Source of the DNA: Myxococcales bacterium
GTDB taxonomy: Bacteria; Myxococcota_A; Polyangia; Palsa-1104
Reading direction: 5' to 3'
NCBI GenBank assembly: GCA_003170275.1
Contig: PNAM01000053.1
Location: 1 to 64,000, forward strand
DNA: 64,000 nt
Shown: in pieces, positions 10,257-19,426 of the stretch
Layout: every line of letters begins with the position of its first letter
Position numbering within the stretch: the stretch's first letter is position 1
Program-made: the position numbers and the translations under genes
Notes under the pieces: model-generated
Databases searched by the model: none
Told to the model about the DNA's origin: nothing
The model's input: the letters and a program-made list of their open reading frames with translations, nothing else

Positions 10257-11360
10257 ATGAAAGCCTTTCTCCGCCGCGTCGTGGGGGGTCTCGCCGTCGC
10301 CGTCGCGATCCTCGCGCTCCTCGAGGGCGTGGCGCGCTTGATCGAGCTCCGGCACCCGGCGCGGGCGTTCGACGCCGGGCTGGGGTTCGATCCCGCGAGT
10401 CGTCTCTTTGCGCCGGTGCCGGGTTCGCCGGGAACCTACGAGACCGCCGTCGAGAAGCGGGTGGCGTTTCGCACGCAGCGGTTCCTCGTGCCCAAGACGC
10501 CCGGGACGCTGCGGCTGTTCGCCGTCGGTGAATCGTCGGTCTACAACCTCGACAATGAGCTCGGCAAGATGGCGCGCCACCTCGCTGAGCGGCTCGGTCG
10601 GCCGGTCGAGATCGTGAACGCAGGGGGCCGGTCGTACGGCTCGCAGCGGCTGGTGCCAATCGCGCGCGAGCTCCTCGACTACCAACCCGACGGCGTCCTC
10701 TTGTACCTCGGGCACAACGAGTTCGAGGAGCTCGAGCAGCTGCAGCTGGCGTCGCCGCGGCTGGCGCCGGCGATGCGCGTGGCGATGCACTTCGCGCTGT
10801 TTCGCGTGCCGCTCGACGCGGTAGCCTCGGCGCACGAGCGGGAGCTGCGCGAGCACAACCGCCGCGTGCTGGCCGTCGGGCGAGTCGACTACCAGAGCGC
10901 CTGGGCGCACGAGTTCAGCGCCGGCGAGGTGGCGGAGCGCATGCGTGCCTTCGACGCGCACGTGCGCGACATGATCGAGCTGTGGACTTCGCGCGGCGTC
11001 AAGGTGGTGATGGGCACCATCCCGTCCAATCGCTTCCGGCCGCGGCTGCTCGACGGCATCTCCGGCGACCTGCTCGACCTCCAAGCGCGCGGGCTCTGGA
11101 GCGAGGCCGACGCGCGCGCGCGGGCGCTGCTCGCCAACGCGACCTGGCGTCATCAATCCTCGGATCGCGAAAACGCAATCCTGCGCGACGCGGCGGCGAG
11201 CTACCACCTGCCGATCGCCGACGTCGAGCGCGGCGTCGTCGAGGCGGAGCCCCACCGCGTCCCCGGCGAGACGCTGTTCGTCGACCAATGCCACCTCAAC
11301 CCGGCGGGCAACGCGATCTGGGCGCGCCTCTACCAGGCCGAGCTCGACCGGATCTTCTGA
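10257..11360 (+). CDS. SGNH/GDSL hydrolase-family protein
   Basis: TM anchor; VGESS, NAGGRSY, YLGHNE and DQCHLN. Confidence 0.8.
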   Translation: MKAFLRRVVGGLAVAVAILALLEGVARLIELRHPARAFDAGLGFDPASRLFAPVPGSPGTYETAVEKRVAFRTQRFLVPKTPGTLRLFAVGESSVYNLDNELGKMARHLAERLGRPVEIVNAGGRSYGSQRLVPIARELLDYQPDGVLLYLGHNEFEELEQLQLASPRLAPAMRVAMHFALFRVPLDAVASAHERELREHNRRVLAVGRVDYQSAWAHEFSAGEVAERMRAFDAHVRDMIELWTSRGVKVVMGTIPSNRFRPRLLDGISGDLLDLQARGLWSEADARARALLANATWRHQSSDRENAILRDAAASYHLPIADVERGVVEAEPHRVPGETLFVDQCHLNPAGNAIWARLYQAELDRIF

Positions 11361-11635
11361 CGCGCGCGCACGCTTCAACGCTGCGCTTCGCGCTCGTGGC
11401 GATATTCCGCACTGCGGCGCGACGAGTAGACTCGCACGCTGAGTAGCCGTCAGCCGAGTTGGTGGAAGCGCCCCACGGCGGAAAGCGGGTGACGTACTTC
11501 ATGCGCGGCGCCAGCTTCTCGATGGTACTCGGTGCCCGGGCTGTGTTGGTGATTGCCGGGCCCGCCCTGGCCGATGAGGACGGGTTGCGGCTCGCCTTGG
11601 AGTCCGCGCCGCATCTATGGGTTCGCTACGGGACA

Positions 11636-11670
11636 TTGACACGAGAGTCGCAATTGATACACATGTTGCA
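11636..11670 (+). promoter_or_regulatory. Putative sigma70 promoter and operator of the chr operon
   Basis: Perfect TTGACA at 11636-11641; imperfect palindrome TGATACA-CA-TGTTGCA (11655-11670) over the expected -10 region. Confidence 0.45.
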
Positions 11671-11672
11671 CC

Positions 11673-11915
11673 ATGCCCTTCCGCAGGATGTGGCTCTTCG
11701 CTGTGCTGCTCACGGCTTGTCGCGCGACTCCACCCGCCGATTCCACGGTGGTCGGCGTCGCAGTTTCGGGCCAGCTCAGCCTCCTCGGCACCGTACCCAC
11801 CGTCAGCGGCGCGCACTGCGTCGCCGCCGATGATCGCGGCAACGCCTACGTCTGCGATCCCGACAACGGCGATCTGCTCGTCATCGCCGACGCACTGCCG
11901 AAGAGCGGCTCATGA
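11673..11915 (+). pseudogene. Internally deleted paralog of the beta-propeller gene at 15586
   Basis: Lipoprotein signal fused to 'LSLLGTVPTVSGAHCVAADDRGNAYVCDP', which matches 'LSILGTAPTVKDAHCVTTDEHGNAYVCDP' at the end of 15586..16599. Confidence 0.7.
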
Positions 11916-12112
11916 AGGCGGCCGCCTTGGTCCTCGCTCTTCTCGTCGCAATCCAGGCGGGTGCGGACGAAGCGCGGTCGCGCGTGCGCCGCAAGCCGGA
12001 CCTTCGCTATGTCGTGAGCGGCGCGGTCCTGCTCGGCATCTTCTACCTGTTGCCGCTGGCCCTGGCTATCCGCTACGAAGAAGGCGAACTGGCCATCGGA
12101 GGGCGTTTGTGA
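11912..12112 (+). CDS. Small membrane protein, probably truncated
   Basis: Signal peptide plus one TM; coupled by ATGA and TGATG overlaps. Confidence 0.45.
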   Translation: MKAAALVLALLVAIQAGADEARSRVRRKPDLRYVVSGAVLLGIFYLLPLALAIRYEEGELAIGGRL

Positions 12113-13077
12113 TGGATCGCGCCGAGCCGCGCTGGCTCCTCTTGTTGCAGCAACTTCCGCGCAAGAACGACTACCTGCGCGTGAAGATCTGGCGCCGGCT
12201 TCAGCGGCTGGGCGCCGTTGCCATCAAGGGCGGGGTCTACGCGCTGCCGCGATCCGAGGAGCGCAATGAGGACTTGCAGTGGGTCATGCGCGAGATTGTC
12301 GCTGGTGGCGGCGAGGCGACGCTGGTCGAGGCCAGCCTCGTGCAAGGGCTGTCCGACGCGCAGGTCGAAGCGCTATTCAACCAGGCGCGCGACGCCGACT
12401 GGAGCGAGCTGGCGACCGATGTTCGAGCGGCAGCCAAGCTCGTGCCGAAGCGAGGCAAGCTGAAGGACGAGACGCGGCGAAAGATCGAGGCCGACCTGGT
12501 GCGGCTGCGCCGCCGGTTCGAGGAGATTGCGGCGATCGACTTCTTTCACGCGAGCGGCCGCGAGACGGTCGTCGGTCTGGTCGACGAGCTGACCAACGGG
12601 CTCGCGGCGGCACCGCTGCCGATCGCGTCCAAGAAGGTCGAGACCTACGAGGGACGCACGTGGGTGACGCGCAAGGGCATCCACGTCGACCGGATGGCAT
12701 CGGCGTGGTTGATCAAGCGCTTCATCGACCGGACGGCGAAGTTCAAGTGGGTGGCGCCGAAGGGCTACGTTCCCAAAACCGCCGAGCTGCGCTTCGACAT
12801 GTTCGAGGCCGAGTTTACGCACATTGGCAACCTGTGCACGTTCGAGGTGCTGCTGCAGCGCACGGCGCAGAAGGATCGCGCGCTGCGGGCGATCGCCGAG
12901 ATCGTCCACGACATCGACATCAAGGACGACCACTACCAGCGCGCCGAGACCGCCGGCGTCGCGACCATGGTCGCCGGGATCGCGCTCACGAGCGCCGATG
13001 ACGACGAGCGGCTCGCCAGCGCTAGCGCCGCGCTCGACCAACTGTACGAAGTCTTTTCGCGCAAACGGAGCGGATGA
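12112..13077 (+). CDS. chrB: Chromate resistance regulator ChrB (ChrB_N + ChrB_C)
   Basis: 'RVKIWRRLQRLGAV' N-terminal domain; 'WVTR..IHVDRMASAWLIKRFID', 'FTHIG..CTFE'. Confidence 0.9.
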   Translation: MDRAEPRWLLLLQQLPRKNDYLRVKIWRRLQRLGAVAIKGGVYALPRSEERNEDLQWVMREIVAGGGEATLVEASLVQGLSDAQVEALFNQARDADWSELATDVRAAAKLVPKRGKLKDETRRKIEADLVRLRRRFEEIAAIDFFHASGRETVVGLVDELTNGLAAAPLPIASKKVETYEGRTWVTRKGIHVDRMASAWLIKRFIDRTAKFKWVAPKGYVPKTAELRFDMFEAEFTHIGNLCTFEVLLQRTAQKDRALRAIAEIVHDIDIKDDHYQRAETAGVATMVAGIALTSADDDERLASASAALDQLYEVFSRKRSG

Positions 13078-13096
13078 CGTCCAAAAGGAGACCGAC

Positions 13097-13975
13097 ATGA
13101 TGAATCGGATGGTGGTGATGGCAGGGCTGTTCTGGGGTGGCGTATCGGTGGCGGCTCCGGTGCTCAACGCCGCGCAGATCGAGCAACTCACGGGCGCCAA
13201 GGGCAAGCTCGACGAGAAGGAGGGGGTGTTCAAGGTGTCGGTGCCTCGCAGCGATCTCAAGGTCGTCGCCGGGGGCGTGCATCTGACGCCGCCGATGGGC
13301 CTGACGACCTGGGCGGCGTTTACCAAGAATGGTGAGCACACGATGGTGATGGGCGATTTGTGCCTAACCGAAGATCAAGTCAACCCCGTGATGAGCGCGG
13401 CGCTCGACAGCGGCCTCGACGTCACGGCGCTGCACAATCACTTTTTCTGGGACTCGCCGAAGATCATGTTCATGCACATCGGCGGCATGGGGGACGAAGC
13501 CAAGCTTGCCGGCGCGGTTGGCAAGGTGTTTGCCAAGATCAAGGACACCAGCGGCGGCAAGGGTGAGGTGGTGAAGGCCGACATCGATCCTGCCAAGACC
13601 TCGATCGATCCAGCGCGCATCGAGCAGGCGCTCGGCCAGAAGGGCGAGCTGAAGGACGGCGTCTACAAGGTGACCATCGGTCGCACGACGAAGATGATGG
13701 GGCACGAGGTCGGCAAGACGATGGGCGTGAACACCTGGGCTGCGTTTGCGGGCAGCGACGACAAGGCCATCGTCGACGGCGATTTCGCGATGCTGGAGAG
13801 CGAGCTGCAGGGGGTCCTCAAGGCGCTGCGTGGAGCGGGGATCGACGTAGTGGCCATTCATCAACACATGACCACCGAGCAGCCGCGGGTCATGTTCCTG
13901 CACTATTGGGGAGTCGGACCGACGGTGAAGCTGGCGAGCGGTCTGAAGGCCGCGCTCGACACGCAGAAGAAATGA
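13097..13975 (+). CDS. DUF1259 (LppY/LpqO-like) secreted protein, two repeats
   Basis: Repeated 'WAAF...GD' with ALHNH and AIHQH, 'MFMH' and 'MFLH'; AAGGAG RBS. Confidence 0.85.
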   Translation: MMNRMVVMAGLFWGGVSVAAPVLNAAQIEQLTGAKGKLDEKEGVFKVSVPRSDLKVVAGGVHLTPPMGLTTWAAFTKNGEHTMVMGDLCLTEDQVNPVMSAALDSGLDVTALHNHFFWDSPKIMFMHIGGMGDEAKLAGAVGKVFAKIKDTSGGKGEVVKADIDPAKTSIDPARIEQALGQKGELKDGVYKVTIGRTTKMMGHEVGKTMGVNTWAAFAGSDDKAIVDGDFAMLESELQGVLKALRGAGIDVVAIHQHMTTEQPRVMFLHYWGVGPTVKLASGLKAALDTQKK

Positions 13976-14418
13976 CGACGCTACGGTGGGTCGGGCTGGT
14001 TATCTTCGCGTTCGGGTGCGCCAAGCGCGCTGATGAGCCGAAGGCCGTGAGTCCCGCCCCTCCGTCGTTCCGCGCGGACATCGCGCCCGTCCTCGAGCGG
14101 ATGTGCGCGCGCGCGGAGGGTTGCCATGGCAACAAGCCCACCGATTCGGTCGACCTCGACCTGCGCTTGTCCGCGTCTTATCGCCAGCTGGTGGGAATCG
14201 CGGCGCAAGCGCGGAAGGGTGGGGTCCGGGTCAGGCCCGGCGATCCGGCGGCGAGCTTCCTCCTCGACAAGCTTGCCGGCACGCTCGGACCGCGCGAGGG
14301 CAAGCCGATGCCGATCGATCCCGTGACGGGCGCGCCCATTCACCCGAACCCGCTAGGCGCTGATTACGTCGAAGGAATCTTACGACCGTGGATCGCGGCT
14401 GGGGCGCCGAATAACTGA
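13972..14418 (+). CDS. Lipoprotein with an atypical CX5CH cytochrome c-like domain
   Basis: AFGC lipobox; 'FRADIAPVL..MCARAEGCHG...PGDPAASFL...MP...WIAAGA'. Confidence 0.7.
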   Translation: MTTLRWVGLVIFAFGCAKRADEPKAVSPAPPSFRADIAPVLERMCARAEGCHGNKPTDSVDLDLRLSASYRQLVGIAAQARKGGVRVRPGDPAASFLLDKLAGTLGPREGKPMPIDPVTGAPIHPNPLGADYVEGILRPWIAAGAPNN

Positions 14419-14419
14419 C

Positions 14420-15589
14420 ATGGACGGCCAAGCAAACGATCCGCGCCCGTCGCTGCGCTCGTTCTTGGCGTACTTTCTGAGGCTGGGCGCGTTCGGTTTC
14501 GGCGGCCCCATCGCGCTCGCCGGCTACATGCAACGTGACCTCGTCGAGAGGCGGCATTGGGTCACGGAACAGGAGTACCTGCGCGGCCTGGCGCTCGCTC
14601 AGCTCATGCCCGGCCCGCTGGCGGCGCAGCTCGCCATCTATCTCGGCTGGGTGCGTGCGGGCGTACTTGGAGCGACGCTCGTCGCGGGCGCGTTCATCCT
14701 GCCATCGTTCGTGATGGTGATGGCGCTTTCGGCCGTATATCTGCACTTCCAGGGCCTGGCGTTCATGCAGGGGCTCTTCTACGGCATCGGCGCGGCGGTG
14801 ATCGCCATCATTGCGCGCAGCGCCTACAAGCTGGTCCGGATGACCATCCGCAAGGACGTGCTCTTGTGGATGGTCTTCGCCGTCAATGCTGTCGTAATCG
14901 CCTGGACCGAGAGCGAGATCATCTGGGTGTTCCTGCTCTCGGGTGTCGTGGCGCTGCTCGTCAAGGCGCCGCCATCGTTTGTGCGTCGTCCGCCGTCCGC
15001 GGCGTTCCTGCCGTGGGCGGGCTGGCTGTTCACCGGTCTGCACGGCCCGGCCGATCTTCCGCTGCTGGGTCGCGTTGCGCTGTACTTCGCCGAGGCCGGC
15101 GCCTTCGTCTTCGGCAGCGGCCTGGCCATCGTTCCGTTCCTCCATGGCGGCGTGGTCGATCGCTTCCACTGGCTCGATGATCGCCAGTTTCTCGACGCGG
15201 TGGCGGTCGCGATGATTACGCCCGGTCCGGTGGTCATCACGGTGGCCTTCATCGGCTACCTCGTTGCCGGTCCGCTCGGCGGCATCGTCGCGGCGATCGG
15301 CGTGTTCGCCCCTTGTTGGATCACCGTCGTCCTGCCGGCGCCGTACTACCAGCGCATCGCCGACAACGTCTCGGTCAAGGCGTTCGTCGACGGGGTCTCA
15401 GCCGCGGCGACCGGTGCCATCGCTGGGGCTGCGTTCGTGCTCGGACGCCGCGCCATCATCGACTTGCCGACGATCGTGATCCTCGCGGTGACGTTTGCCG
15501 TTCTCACGTGGGTCAAGAAGGTGCCCGAGCCTCTGGTCATCCTAGCTGCCGGAATCGTCGGCCTCATCCTCAAGGAGATCCATCCATGA
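14420..15589 (+). CDS. chrA: Chromate efflux transporter ChrA (long-chain CHR)
   Basis: GFGGP, LAQLMPGP, FGSG and MITPGP in two homologous halves. Confidence 0.92.
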   Translation: MDGQANDPRPSLRSFLAYFLRLGAFGFGGPIALAGYMQRDLVERRHWVTEQEYLRGLALAQLMPGPLAAQLAIYLGWVRAGVLGATLVAGAFILPSFVMVMALSAVYLHFQGLAFMQGLFYGIGAAVIAIIARSAYKLVRMTIRKDVLLWMVFAVNAVVIAWTESEIIWVFLLSGVVALLVKAPPSFVRRPPSAAFLPWAGWLFTGLHGPADLPLLGRVALYFAEAGAFVFGSGLAIVPFLHGGVVDRFHWLDDRQFLDAVAVAMITPGPVVITVAFIGYLVAGPLGGIVAAIGVFAPCWITVVLPAPYYQRIADNVSVKAFVDGVSAAATGAIAGAAFVLGRRAIIDLPTIVILAVTFAVLTWVKKVPEPLVILAAGIVGLILKEIHP

Positions 15590-16599
15590 ACCTGCGAGTC
15601 GTCGTCCATCTCATTGCTCTCGGCGCGAGCGCTCCCGCCTGGGCGCAGCAGGCCACGCTTTCCTTGCCAGACGGTCGCGGCGGCATCGGCTTCGATGATC
15701 TGCGGTACGATCCGATCTCGAACCTGCTGCTGATTCCCGCGGGCCGGACCGGCAATGTCGACCTGATCGATCCAGCGACCAAGGCCGTCACACCGGTGGG
15801 CGGCTTCAGCAAGGTCGCCAAATTCGACGCAGGCCACGGCCAGAGCGTGACCTCCGTCGACCTCGGCGCCGGTTACCTCTTCGCCGCCGATCGGACTGCG
15901 CTCGAGCTCGCCGTCGTCGATCTGAAGACGCGAAAGATCGTGCTGCGGGTGCAACTCGCCAGCGCGCCCGACTACGTTCGCTACGTCGCGGCCACGCGCG
16001 AGGTGTGGGTGACGGAGCCTGGGAAGAAGCGAATCGAGGTCTTTGCGCTCTCGAAGGCAGCGCCTCCGGTCCCCACCCACGCTGCGTTTATCGACGCTCC
16101 CGGCGGACCCGAGTCGCTGGCCATCGACTCGAAGCGTGGCCGCGCGTACACGCACAAGTGGAAGGACTCCACGATGGTCATCGATCTCGAGAGTCGCAAG
16201 ATCGCGGCGACCTGGTCCGCGGGCTGCGGCGATCCACGTGGCATCTGGATCGACGAGGCCCGCGGCTTCCTCTTCGTTGGCTGCGAAGACGGCACCGCCA
16301 CTTCACTGGACGTCGATCACGACGGCAAGCTTCTCGCAGCGGTGAAGAGCGGAAATGGCGTCGACATCATCGCCTATGACGCCAAGCACGCTCACCTATA
16401 CTTGCCCGGCGACGAAAGCGCGACCATGGCGATCATCGGTGTCTCGGCCAAGGGGGGGCTCTCGATTCTCGGCACCGCGCCGACCGTCAAGGACGCGCAC
16501 TGCGTGACGACGGATGAGCACGGCAACGCGTACGTCTGCGATCCGAAGCAAGGTCAGCTCTTGATCGTTCACGATCCCTATCCGGCCGCAGGCAACTGA
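15586..16599 (+). CDS. Secreted YVTN/YncE-type beta-propeller
   Basis: Signal peptide, 'GFDDL', propeller repeats; ATGA overlap with chrA. Confidence 0.8.
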   Translation: MNLRVVVHLIALGASAPAWAQQATLSLPDGRGGIGFDDLRYDPISNLLLIPAGRTGNVDLIDPATKAVTPVGGFSKVAKFDAGHGQSVTSVDLGAGYLFAADRTALELAVVDLKTRKIVLRVQLASAPDYVRYVAATREVWVTEPGKKRIEVFALSKAAPPVPTHAAFIDAPGGPESLAIDSKRGRAYTHKWKDSTMVIDLESRKIAATWSAGCGDPRGIWIDEARGFLFVGCEDGTATSLDVDHDGKLLAAVKSGNGVDIIAYDAKHAHLYLPGDESATMAIIGVSAKGGLSILGTAPTVKDAHCVTTDEHGNAYVCDPKQGQLLIVHDPYPAAGN

Positions 16600-16613
16600 G
16601 ACCCCTGGGCCAG

Positions 16614-17705
16614 CTAGTACGGCGGCGTGAGCCCGGTGAAGTCGCCCACCACCTTGGCGTCGTACGGGCCGTTGAGCTGATTGGCGCCGTTGCCGCTCAC
16701 GCCGATCTGACCCTGCTGGAACACGACCTTCGCCGCCGGCGTGATCTCGATGACCTGGTGGTTGTTCTGGTCGCTGATGAGCGTGTTGCCGCTGCGCAGG
16801 CGCACCGCGCGGGTCGGGTTGGGCGAGGTCACGCTGCCGGGCAGCGACGTGGTGGCAAAGTTGAACACGACCTTGCCGTGAGCATCGATCTCGACGATGC
16901 GGTTGTTGCTCGCGTCGGAGATGAGCGTGTGTCCGTCGGCGAGCCGGCTCGCGAAGGCGGGGCCGTTGAGGAGGGTCGTGTCGTTCGGGTCGCCGTACTG
17001 CCAGAGCAGGTCCCCGTAGCGATCCACTTCGATGACGCGGTTGTTGCCCTCGTCGGCGATCAGGATGTTGCCGTTCGACAAGAGCTCGGCGCTGTTGGGA
17101 TTGTTGAGCTGGTTGGCGTCGGCGCCGGAGGTTCCGGTGGTGCCGTACTGCCAAACGATGTGATGGCGGCCATTCACTTCGATGACGCGCTGGTTGCCCT
17201 GATCGGTGATGAGCACGTGGCCGTTCGGCAGGTAGACCGCGGCCACCGGTGCGTTGAGCTGGTTGGGTCCGCTGCCGGAGACACCACCGTCCTGGCCATA
17301 CTGCCAGGCGATCTTGCCGGCGTGAGTGACCAGCAGCACGCGATTATCGCCGCATGCGTCGGTGCAGGTCGGCTCTGCGCCCGCGGGCGCGCCGGTGCCG
17401 GAGATCAGCGTATACGTGCCGACGCGCTGCGCGTCGTTGGGGGCGACCACCGAGCTCGGGCCGGCGACGCTGGCACCGTCGCCGAACTGCCACACCACGT
17501 TGTGTTTGGCGTCGACCTCGATCACCCGGTTGTTGTACTGGTCCGAGATGAGGATGGTGCGCTTGGCGCTGTGGCCCTGGCCGTCGGCCTTGCCGTCCAC
17601 CGTCACGTCGGTCGTTATTGCATCCGCCTCGAGCGCGCCGTCCAAGCCGCAACCGGTCATGAGCAGCCCCGTCAACGCCGTTCCGATGATCCCATTGATT
17701 CGCAT
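16614..17705 (-). CDS. Lipoprotein with NHL/PQQ-like beta-propeller repeats
   Basis: MTGC lipobox; repeats of 'L.NG.xLI.D..NNRVIEV....VWQYG'; GAGGAG RBS. Confidence 0.8.
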   Translation of the reverse strand: MRINGIIGTALTGLLMTGCGLDGALEADAITTDVTVDGKADGQGHSAKRTILISDQYNNRVIEVDAKHNVVWQFGDGASVAGPSSVVAPNDAQRVGTYTLISGTGAPAGAEPTCTDACGDNRVLLVTHAGKIAWQYGQDGGVSGSGPNQLNAPVAAVYLPNGHVLITDQGNQRVIEVNGRHHIVWQYGTTGTSGADANQLNNPNSAELLSNGNILIADEGNNRVIEVDRYGDLLWQYGDPNDTTLLNGPAFASRLADGHTLISDASNNRIVEIDAHGKVVFNFATTSLPGSVTSPNPTRAVRLRSGNTLISDQNNHQVIEITPAAKVVFQQGQIGVSGNGANQLNGPYDAKVVGDFTGLTPPY

Positions 17706-17783
17706 GTGCGCTCCTCGTTTTGATTAAGAGCGCTGTAGCCCATACCTTCATCCGCCTACAATCCATTGATTGAGCAGTAAGCG

Positions 17784-17835
17784 TTTCCATTTTGGAAAGG
17801 CCACGGCATTCTGGCGTTTCCGCAGGAGAAACGCC
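17784..17835. promoter_or_regulatory. Two LysR-type T-N11-A palindromes
   Basis: TTTCCA-TTT-TGGAAA (17784-17798) and GGCGTTTC-CGCAGGA-GAAACGCC (17813-17835); both contain or are preceded by GCGTTTCC. Confidence 0.55.
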
Positions 17836-18741
17836 TCAGCGCGGATCTAGCTCGGCGAGCGCCTGGCGCAGCGCCGCCACGAGCGCGCGCTGGCTCTTGG
17901 CGCGAACCCGCTCGCCGTTGCACGCGACCGCCAGCGGGTCCGACGCCTTCCAGCCGACCACCTCGAGCTCGACGAGCTGCCCGCGGTCGAGATGCCCGCG
18001 CGCCGCGATCACCGGCCCGTACACCAGCTGTCCGGTGCGCGCGGCCAGCTCGAGCGCCAGCCCGAGCGTCTGCGCTTCGTGCCCGAGCTGTCGGTCGGCG
18101 TGACCGAGCGGGCAGCCGTCGTCGACCGGCACGAACTGGCCGTTCACGTTGAAGATCGGGCTCACGAACGGCAGCTCGCGAATGCGCGCCACCGGCAGCG
18201 GGCCGGCGCCCAGGCTCTTGGCCAGCGCCGGCGGCGCGAACAGCGCGCGCCGCACGTGACCGACGCGCGTGCTCACCCAGCTGCCCGGCAGCCGCTCGTC
18301 GCCGAGTGTGAGCGTCAGATCGAAGAAGTTCTCCGCCGCGTAGGCGCGGATCAGCGCCGGCGGCAGCTCGAGCCCGCGCACGCGCAGCTCGGGCAACGCA
18401 ACCGCGATGCGCGGCACCAGCAGCGACGTCAGATACGATGGTGCGGCGACGGTGAGGTCGTTGCGCTCGAGCGGCACGTTTCCGCGCAACGCGCGCAGCC
18501 GCGTGACGAGCTCCTCGAGCTGCGGCGTGAGCCGCCGGCCGGCGTCGCTCACCTGCACGCCGCGCGTCGAGCGCGAGAGCAAGGTGACGCCGAGCTGCGA
18601 CTCCAGGCGCACCACCGCCTTGGACACCTGCGAGGGCGTGACCTTGAGCGCGCGCGCCGCGCTGGTGATCGATCCGCAGCGGCACACGCCGAGAAAGGTG
18701 ATCACGTCGGCGAAGCGCAGCTCGTCCAGCGACGCGGTCAG
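17836..18741 (-). CDS. LysR-family transcriptional regulator (start uncertain: CTG 18741 or GTG 18705)
   Basis: HTH 'GSITSAARALKVTPSQVSKAVVRLESQLGVTLLSRSTR'. Confidence 0.9.
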   Translation of the reverse strand: MTASLDELRFADVITFLGVCRCGSITSAARALKVTPSQVSKAVVRLESQLGVTLLSRSTRGVQVSDAGRRLTPQLEELVTRLRALRGNVPLERNDLTVAAPSYLTSLLVPRIAVALPELRVRGLELPPALIRAYAAENFFDLTLTLGDERLPGSWVSTRVGHVRRALFAPPALAKSLGAGPLPVARIRELPFVSPIFNVNGQFVPVDDGCPLGHADRQLGHEAQTLGLALELAARTGQLVYGPVIAARGHLDRGQLVELEVVGWKASDPLAVACNGERVRAKSQRALVAALRQALAELDPR

Positions 18742-19289
18742 ACCAGTCCGGCCTTCTTCAGCTCGTGCCGAACCATCTTGCGCAGCTCGCCGACCGACCA
18801 GGCCGCGCTCACCGAGGACTCGACCTGCTGCGGGCGGTGGGCCGCCACATGGCGCCGCACGTCGGCGGCAAAGACGGCGAAGAGATCCTTGCTGGCGAGG
18901 ATCTGCTGCGCGGTCCGGCCGCGCACCGTCCGATCGGCCAGGCGCGTCACGTATTGCCTGAGCGGCGCCATCAACTCTCCGACCAGCGGCTCGACCTCAC
19001 CGGTCTCCGCCGCCAGCTTGCGCAGCTCCGCCTGGGTGGCCCCGGCGGCCACCGCCTGCTCGGCGCCGATGCGCAGCAGCATGGCGTCGTCGGCCACACC
19101 GAGCCCCTGGTAGTGATCGGGAAAGATGTCGAGCAGATCGAGCACGTAGTTGAGCACGCCGCAGAGCACGCGTCGCGCCGGCGCCGGCGTCTTCTCATCG
19201 CCCAGGGCCTTGAGGGTGACGTCGATCGCCTCCACGTAGCCGTCGACGAACCGCTGGAGGACCGCGAGCTCTGCTTCTGGGTTGGTCAT
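18738..19289 (-). CDS. DUF1232/YkvA-family protein
   Basis: 'LNYVLDLLDIFPD..GLGVADDA'. Confidence 0.75.
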   Translation of the reverse strand: MTNPEAELAVLQRFVDGYVEAIDVTLKALGDEKTPAPARRVLCGVLNYVLDLLDIFPDHYQGLGVADDAMLLRIGAEQAVAAGATQAELRKLAAETGEVEPLVGELMAPLRQYVTRLADRTVRGRTAQQILASKDLFAVFAADVRRHVAAHRPQQVESSVSAAWSVGELRKMVRHELKKAGLV

Positions 19290-19426
19290 CAAGCGCCGAT
19301 GATAGGCGCAGTTCCCCAAGCGGTCCATCACCGATGCCCGGCGGCAGCCATGGTCGACACCGGGGCGCGCGAATGCAAGTGTTCTCCGTGCATGATTTTC
19401 TGCACGTTCTTGGGTATGGTTCGCGC

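Noticed and set aside
9687..11378. 996-aa ORF extension upstream of the radical SAM
   Set aside because: Antisense shadow of two plus-strand genes; the real start is 9686
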